A stretch of 32,355 nucleotides of DNA from a virus. Shown here piece by piece: positions 22,905 to 29,563 of the stretch (position 1 is the stretch's first letter; each line of letters opens with the position of its first letter). The translations under genes were made by a program, and so were the position numbers. The stretch is taken from positions 1 through 32,355 of the IMG/VR virus record IMGVR_UViG_3300017786_000069, one strand, 5' to 3'. The notes under the pieces are model-generated. The model did not search any database. It saw only the letters and a program-made list of their open reading frames with translations, and was not told the DNA's origin.

Positions 22905-25900
22905 ATGGCGCGAGTGTCAACCATAGTAACTAACTTCCAGTCTGGCGAACTAACACCAAGACTTGAAGGAAGGGTAGACTTACAGAAATACAGTGCTGGT
23001 GTTCAAACCCTACAGAATATGGTTGTCTTCCCTCAAGGCGGTATTACCAGAAGAACAGGTAGTTACTATGTTAATTCATCAAAAGATGGTGGCGAGGTTA
23101 GACTTGTAAACTTTGAGTTTGGTGCAGATACCACATCAGAAGAGCCTGTATCTTATGTATTAGAGTTTGGACTAAACTATATACGTTTTTATAATAATGA
23201 AGCGATATTAACAGAAGCTACCAAAGCTATATCAGCTATTACCAAAGCAAGCCCAGCGGTGGTTACAGCATCATCTCATGGCTATAGTAATGGTGATAGA
23301 GTATTTATCAAAGACATTGTAGGCATGACGGAACTCAATAACCGTGAGTTTACCGTTGCAAATCAAACAACCAATACATTTGAGTTATCTGGTATTAATA
23401 GCTCTGCTTTTACAACTTATGGCTCTGGCGGTACATCTGGTAAAATAGTTGAGATAACTACCACATATACAGTAGCACAGGTAAAAGAACTAACCTTTGC
23501 ACAATCAGCAGATGTAATGTTCATAGCACACAGAAGTCATGCACCAGCGCAACTTACTAGAACAACGGCCACTTCATTTACACTTGCTGATATGAGTTTT
23601 GTAGATGGCCCTTATGAAGATGAGAATATAGGAACAACAACAATTACATCAGATGCAAACACAGGTACAGTTACACTAACTGCTTCTGCCGATTTATTTG
23701 CATCATCTGATATAGGCTCTTTGTTTAGATTTAGAGATATTGTTGAAGTGCAACATGACGCGTGGTCTACGTCTGATACCTATTCACAGAATGATTTAGT
23801 TAGACATAATGGCAATGTGTACAAGAAAACAGACGCTGGGAGTAATGAGCAAACAGGAGCGCAAGCACCTGTTCATACATCAGGCTCAGAGGTGTATGGC
23901 AATCATACATGGCAGTTCCAACATAGTGGTACAGGATTTGTAAAAATAACAGCCGTTGCTAGTGCTACATCAGCTACAGCTATCGTGCAGAATAATTCTG
24001 TAAATGGGAATATAAATACACTTGTATTGCCAAAGAACTCCACAGATGGAACAACAAGATGGTCAAGGGGCGCATTTAGTACACGAAATGGGTTTCCAAG
24101 AGCAGTTGCATTTTATGAAGAAAGATTATTTTTTGCTGGTACAACAGCACAGCCACAAAGTATCTTTGGCTCTGTAACAGATGATTTCACCAATCATAGC
24201 CCTGGCACAAACGATGATGATGCAATAAATGTAACAATAGCATCTGATAAGGTAAATGTTATAAAACATTTAATACCGGGACGTTTTTTACAAATACTTA
24301 CAACAAGTGCAGAGTTTACATTATCTGGTGGTACGCAAGGGGCTGCGGTTACTCCTACATCAGTAAACGTATTACGAGAAACTACCTTTGGCACATCAAA
24401 TGTGCGCCCACTTAGAGCAGGAGCAAGCACCATATTAGTGCAGAAAAGTGGCGAGAAAGTAAAGGAAGTTACTTTTGATTTGAATACAGATGGTCTAGTG
24501 GGAAGAGACTTAACAATATTAGGAGAACATCTAGCTAAAGGCGGTCTTACAGATATGGTTTGGCAACAAGAGCCAGAGCTTATCTTATGGTTTGTGCGCT
24601 TTGATGGAGTATTGATAGGTCTTAGCTATGACCCTGCAAACAATACAGTTGGATGGCATCAGCATCAGTTTGGTAATTCTGGTGTGGTAGAAAGCGTTAC
24701 ATCTATACCTAGCGGTACAGAAGACCAAGTATATTTATCAGTCAAACGTACTATCAATAGTATTACAACAAGACATATCGTATATCTAAAATCATTTAAT
24801 TTCTCTCAGAAAGTAAGAGATGCTTTTTTTGTAGATTCTGGTGTTACCATAGAAAACACAGCTAAGACTATTACAGGTGCTTCATTATCTACAGACCAAG
24901 TAAGCAGTGTTACAATAGACCATCAGACAGTTACTATTACATCTTCTTCACATGGTTTTAGCAATGGAGATGATGTGGTTATTAATGATGTAGTGGGCAT
25001 GACTGAATTAAACGCAGACAGTTTTACCGTATTTAACTCGCAAACAAATACATTCGAGTTAGCAAACCCAGCAAGTAAAAGCATTAAATCAATTACCAAA
25101 GCAAACCCAGCAAACATTAATATTGATAATCATGGCTTTGCTACCAATGACCAGATAGCCATATTTGATATCGTAGGTATGACAACTGTTAATAATACAG
25201 GGGTTATCGTAACCAAAGTAGATGATAATAATTTCACGATAGGTGTTGATTTAAGTGCAGTAAGTGGATTCCCAGCAGCCAAAGTAAATAATGGAAGTGG
25301 TATAACTAGTGGTGCTACGGTCATTGATATCGATAACGTGTCAGGTACAATATCAACAGGTATGGTGGTAACAGGAACAAACATTGCTTCGGGAACAACT
25401 GTTGTTGCGTTGGCTGGTCAAGCAAAGATTACGCTATCTACTGGCACAACAGGTGCAATCAGTGATGATGCAGATTTAGTATTCTTACCCAACAGCGGTG
25501 TAGTACGTAAGGCAACTAACGGTACGCCTTTTACAACTTACATATCAGGTGGTGAAGCACGTAAAAAAGTATCTGCTGTTACAGGTGTTAATCATTTAGA
25601 AGGCGAGACTATAGCTGTTCTGGTAGATGGCGCAAGTCATGCAGATAAGACTGTTACAAATGGCAGTATCACATTAGATAGAACTGGCGGTGTTATCCAT
25701 GTTGGGTATAACTATGATTCTTTAGTTAAGACTTTGCGTATGGAAGGTGGTGCAGAAGACGGCATATCACAAGGAAAGATTAAAAGAATACATGGGGTAA
25801 CAGCACGATTTATAGATACAGTTGGCGCAGAAACAGGGCCAGATGTAGACAATCTTGACCGTATGCCATTCAGAGATAGCAGTATGGCTATGGATGGCCC

Positions 25901-26042
25901 AATACCATTATTCAATGGTGATAAAGAAATATTCTTCCCATCTGGGTATGATAATGATGCACAGGTTGTTATAAGACAAAACCAGCCCTTGCCTATGACC
26001 ATACTTGCAATTATGAGAAGGTCTAATACATTCGATGCTTAA
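22905..26042 (+). CDS. Tail tubular protein B / nozzle (T7 gp12 position) with three inserted beta-barrel modules
   Basis: N-terminus FQSGELTPRLEGRVDLQKYSAGVQTLQNMVVFPQGGITRRTG is typical of podoviral nozzle proteins. Three HG[YF].[ST]N[GD]D....I.D[IV]VGMT..N modules. Confidence 0.75.
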   Translation: MARVSTIVTNFQSGELTPRLEGRVDLQKYSAGVQTLQNMVVFPQGGITRRTGSYYVNSSKDGGEVRLVNFEFGADTTSEEPVSYVLEFGLNYIRFYNNEAILTEATKAISAITKASPAVVTASSHGYSNGDRVFIKDIVGMTELNNREFTVANQTTNTFELSGINSSAFTTYGSGGTSGKIVEITTTYTVAQVKELTFAQSADVMFIAHRSHAPAQLTRTTATSFTLADMSFVDGPYEDENIGTTTITSDANTGTVTLTASADLFASSDIGSLFRFRDIVEVQHDAWSTSDTYSQNDLVRHNGNVYKKTDAGSNEQTGAQAPVHTSGSEVYGNHTWQFQHSGTGFVKITAVASATSATAIVQNNSVNGNINTLVLPKNSTDGTTRWSRGAFSTRNGFPRAVAFYEERLFFAGTTAQPQSIFGSVTDDFTNHSPGTNDDDAINVTIASDKVNVIKHLIPGRFLQILTTSAEFTLSGGTQGAAVTPTSVNVLRETTFGTSNVRPLRAGASTILVQKSGEKVKEVTFDLNTDGLVGRDLTILGEHLAKGGLTDMVWQQEPELILWFVRFDGVLIGLSYDPANNTVGWHQHQFGNSGVVESVTSIPSGTEDQVYLSVKRTINSITTRHIVYLKSFNFSQKVRDAFFVDSGVTIENTAKTITGASLSTDQVSSVTIDHQTVTITSSSHGFSNGDDVVINDVVGMTELNADSFTVFNSQTNTFELANPASKSIKSITKANPANINIDNHGFATNDQIAIFDIVGMTTVNNTGVIVTKVDDNNFTIGVDLSAVSGFPAAKVNNGSGITSGATVIDIDNVSGTISTGMVVTGTNIASGTTVVALAGQAKITLSTGTTGAISDDADLVFLPNSGVVRKATNGTPFTTYISGGEARKKVSAVTGVNHLEGETIAVLVDGASHADKTVTNGSITLDRTGGVIHVGYNYDSLVKTLRMEGGAEDGISQGKIKRIHGVTARFIDTVGAETGPDVDNLDRMPFRDSSMAMDGPIPLFNGDKEIFFPSGYDNDAQVVIRQNQPLPMTILAIMRRSNTFDA

Positions 26043-26457
26043 ATTAAGAACATTTGATAAAAAAGATATAGATAACATAGACTTAGAGTTTGTTATTGAA
26101 AAGCAACACAAAGATGCTTTTATCGCACCAGAACGAATACATGGTTATACGTTAATGTATGATGATGTTATATTAGGTATGGGCGGTGTTCATTTTATGT
26201 GGGGCAAGGTTGCAGAAGGTTGGTTTTTTATATCTAAACTAGGTAAGGTAAAATACAAATCTGTGGTAAAGCATACCTATTATATGTTTGATGTAATAGA
26301 AACAGAAAACAATATTGATAGAATACAGGCTAGTGTTTCAGCAGATGACCCAACAGCAATACGATTTGCAAAATGGCTTGGCTTTGAGAATGAGGGTTTG
26401 ATGAGACAATATGGTGTAGATGGCGGTGATTATTACCGCATGGCGAGGATAAAGTAA
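26035..26457 (+). CDS. GNAT-fold acetyltransferase-like protein at the T7 gp13 position
   Basis: 8-nt overlap with the nozzle gene. C-terminal RIQASVSADDPTAIRFAKWLGFENEGLMRQYGVDGGDYYRMARI matches the RimJ/RimL-type GNAT pattern (RI.a.v...N..s.r...KlGF..EG). Confidence 0.6.
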   Translation: MLKLRTFDKKDIDNIDLEFVIEKQHKDAFIAPERIHGYTLMYDDVILGMGGVHFMWGKVAEGWFFISKLGKVKYKSVVKHTYYMFDVIETENNIDRIQASVSADDPTAIRFAKWLGFENEGLMRQYGVDGGDYYRMARIK

Positions 26458-26930
26458 TGCCTGATGGTGGATTAACAGCATTAGCCGTAGGTGGTCAGGT
26501 TCTTGGCGGTATCATGGGTTCAAAAGGAAACCAAGCTGCTGCTAGGTCTGCACAACAAGTAGCTGAATATAATGCACAGGTTGCTGAGAATGAAGCAGTT
26601 CTTTTACAAAGACAAAAGAGAGAAGAAGAGTCTGCGCTTAGAAGGCAGTCTGACAGGCTTATAAGCACCCAGAGAGTCGCTACAGCAACTTCTGGTATAA
26701 GAATGTCTGGCAGTCCATTACAGGCTATGGCAGACGCTTATTTCAATACAGAGAAAGATGCAGCTAGAATACAATACGCATCAAGCATACAGCAAATGCA
26801 AAAGGAATCAGAAGCAACTTTATCAAGGCTTGAGGGACAAGCAACAGCACAAGCATTAAGAACGCAAGCACAACAATCACTACTTGGTGGGTTTACTAGT
26901 GCTGTATCAACTTATGGGAATCTAGCGTAA
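26457..26930 (+). CDS. Internal virion protein (gp14 position)
   Basis: Gly-rich hydrophobic N-terminus (LTALAVGGQVLGGIMG), then a Gln/Ala-rich coiled region. TAATG coupling on both sides. Confidence 0.55.
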   Translation: MPDGGLTALAVGGQVLGGIMGSKGNQAAARSAQQVAEYNAQVAENEAVLLQRQKREEESALRRQSDRLISTQRVATATSGIRMSGSPLQAMADAYFNTEKDAARIQYASSIQQMQKESEATLSRLEGQATAQALRTQAQQSLLGGFTSAVSTYGNLA

Positions 26931-29563
26931 TGCCTAAAATACCATTATACAATCAGGGGGCAGGGCCAACACAAGGACTAGCTGCTGGTCAGTTATCGCC
27001 AAGAGCAAGTACAGCAGCCTTTACTGCACCAGGTAGAGCCTTTGCAGGGTTTCAGCAAACACTATCGCAAGCAGGAAAAGTAGCCGCTGACTTTGAACTA
27101 GCACAACAAAAGATAAATGCAGATACGCTAGAAACACAGCTTACATCTGACCTTAATGAAAAATTTTCAGAGCTAGAAAATAAACGTATAAGTGATGTGA
27201 AGGTATTTGAAACTGAATCAAAAAATATATTTGATGAGTTAAATTCACAGATTGATAATGCCGGTAGAATAAATTCAAAGTTAAAATCTACACTTAAAAA
27301 CAATTTTAATGCTCGTTTTTCAGCTGCGTCTATCGGTGGTAAGCAAAATGCTTTCACAAGAGGCATTGAAAATCAGGCAGAAAGTGCTGTGCTTGGTTTA
27401 AAAGCAATATCTAAATCTATGATAACAAGCCCACAATTTTTTGAAGCTGGGTTAAACGATGCTCAAAATATATTTGAAAATCTGAAAGCATCTGGTGCAG
27501 ATAGATTAGTAGAATTAAGTTTTGATCAATTCAAATCAGAAGCAATACAAGAAGATTTTGCTGTAAAGGTAAGAACATTTGATACAATAGATCAAGTAAA
27601 GTCTCAATTAGAAAACAGCACGACAGATAAAGGCTTAACATCTTCACAAATTAGTGCGTATCAAAAAATAGCAAATGCACAAATATCCAAAATAAGTTCT
27701 GATGCATTTGATGTTGCTCTAACAGCTATACAAACGTCAAATATACCTTCCTTTGAAATAGATGATATTATTGATGAAGCTAATAAAACACAAAAAATTA
27801 CATACAACGGAGAAGTAATTGCAGATTTAACTCAAATAGGTAGAGAAAACTATCCAAATCTTCTGGCACAACTGAAAAATAGAGCAGATGATGTTCTTGC
27901 TGAAAATCTTACTAATCAAAGTGTTTTACTGAACGCTACGGATGATGTGCTTACTCAAATGCAATTTAATTCAACAAGTCCTTTGGGATTAACTAAAGAA
28001 GAAGAGAATAATGGTAATCTTAATTTTTTAGATAATCGATTAAAAAGAATTGATGCAGCGATAGGAATAGACCCTAGCGCAGTATCAGTAGAAGAAGTAG
28101 ATAGAATTGTTGCAGAAACTTTAAATATTTTATTGGATGAAGATTTAATCGATGGTCAACCTTCTTATTTAAACTTTGGTGAAGACATTGGAAATAAAGC
28201 AATAACTGTACTGAACAGTGCAGAAAAATTAAAACAAAGCGTAAGAACTGCTGTTGCAAATGGTGTAGAAGTAACAAACTATTCAAATGCACTTACAAAC
28301 AATCGTGGTATGTTTGTCAAAGACGGCATCTCATCAGATAATAGAGTTACAGCAGTCAATCAAACAATGGCAAAATTATCAGATGACCCCAACAAACAAG
28401 TTGATTTGCTTGCTCGTAATAATGAAACATACGGTGCTTTTACAGCAGTATTAGTAAATGGATTCAATGAAGCATTAATACCAGAATATAATCCATTAGA
28501 AGCAGGAGAAAACGACCCTGTTATGCAAGGTCTTGAGCTTTACAGATTGATGGAATTTAGAAATGAATCGATTGTAAGCAATCATTTATCTGACCCAAAA
28601 GCAAGAGCATTTTATGAAACAGTCCTTGAATTAGAGCAAAGTTTTTCAACAGAACAAGCTATAGCTACCGCAAAAAGAATTGACCTTGATATTGATATGT
28701 CTATTCCAATGAAAAAAGTAGATGAACAGTTAGCTAAAACATCTGAAGAAATGGCAGATAAAAATTGGTATGCTTTTATTCCTTTCATGGCAGATACAAA
28801 ATTTGTTCCAGAAAATATCTCAGCTATGAAAGCTGATATAAGAGATTTGGCTGAGAATTTTGTTAGACTTGGAATGGAGCCAACAAAAGCAGTTGAAAGA
28901 GCTGCAAAAGATTATGGTAAAAATCACAAAAGAATAAGAGGTATGTCTATTCAAATAACTACTGATTTACCAGAAGATATTGAAGAGTTGGCAGATATAG
29001 CAGCAGAAGCTGCTATGAAAGTAATTCCAGAGGATGCTTATGAAATAGATGATTTATCTATCGCACCTGTATCAAAAGATAGAACAGATAGATTTATTGT
29101 TGTTTATTCTGGTGGTTATCCTGTTCAAGATAAGGAAGGTAACTTTATTGAATACGAAGTAGGTAAACCAATTATAGGTGAACAAGTTGGCTTTATGGGT
29201 TTGCAGCCAACTGAAATAGATGGCAGACAAGTGTACACAGCTAATACACTTAGAGGTATGAGAGATGCTAAACAATTATCGGCAAGAACAGTTTCTTTAG
29301 CTCAAACAATAGCAAAACAAAACATACAAATAAAATTTAAAACAGGAGCAGATGAATATTCTGGTTTAACTCGCAAAGAAGCAAATCTTTTAAAATCACA
29401 ACAATTGAAACAAGTTGAAAATATTGGTGCAGTACCAGAAATACAAAAAGACACAAGAACCCCTGTATCAGCACAGATGGCTTTAAGAGAAACTATGGCT
29501 GAGAAAAAAGAAGAGTTTGAACAACAACAAAAATTTCAACAAAGTCTTCTTGGTAATCAATAA
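26930..29563 (+). CDS. Internal virion protein (gp15 position), 877 aa
   Basis: Large helical protein between the gp14-like and gp16-like genes; TAATG coupling. Confidence 0.55.
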   Translation: MPKIPLYNQGAGPTQGLAAGQLSPRASTAAFTAPGRAFAGFQQTLSQAGKVAADFELAQQKINADTLETQLTSDLNEKFSELENKRISDVKVFETESKNIFDELNSQIDNAGRINSKLKSTLKNNFNARFSAASIGGKQNAFTRGIENQAESAVLGLKAISKSMITSPQFFEAGLNDAQNIFENLKASGADRLVELSFDQFKSEAIQEDFAVKVRTFDTIDQVKSQLENSTTDKGLTSSQISAYQKIANAQISKISSDAFDVALTAIQTSNIPSFEIDDIIDEANKTQKITYNGEVIADLTQIGRENYPNLLAQLKNRADDVLAENLTNQSVLLNATDDVLTQMQFNSTSPLGLTKEEENNGNLNFLDNRLKRIDAAIGIDPSAVSVEEVDRIVAETLNILLDEDLIDGQPSYLNFGEDIGNKAITVLNSAEKLKQSVRTAVANGVEVTNYSNALTNNRGMFVKDGISSDNRVTAVNQTMAKLSDDPNKQVDLLARNNETYGAFTAVLVNGFNEALIPEYNPLEAGENDPVMQGLELYRLMEFRNESIVSNHLSDPKARAFYETVLELEQSFSTEQAIATAKRIDLDIDMSIPMKKVDEQLAKTSEEMADKNWYAFIPFMADTKFVPENISAMKADIRDLAENFVRLGMEPTKAVERAAKDYGKNHKRIRGMSIQITTDLPEDIEELADIAAEAAMKVIPEDAYEIDDLSIAPVSKDRTDRFIVVYSGGYPVQDKEGNFIEYEVGKPIIGEQVGFMGLQPTEIDGRQVYTANTLRGMRDAKQLSARTVSLAQTIAKQNIQIKFKTGADEYSGLTRKEANLLKSQQLKQVENIGAVPEIQKDTRTPVSAQMALRETMAEKKEEFEQQQKFQQSLLGNQ

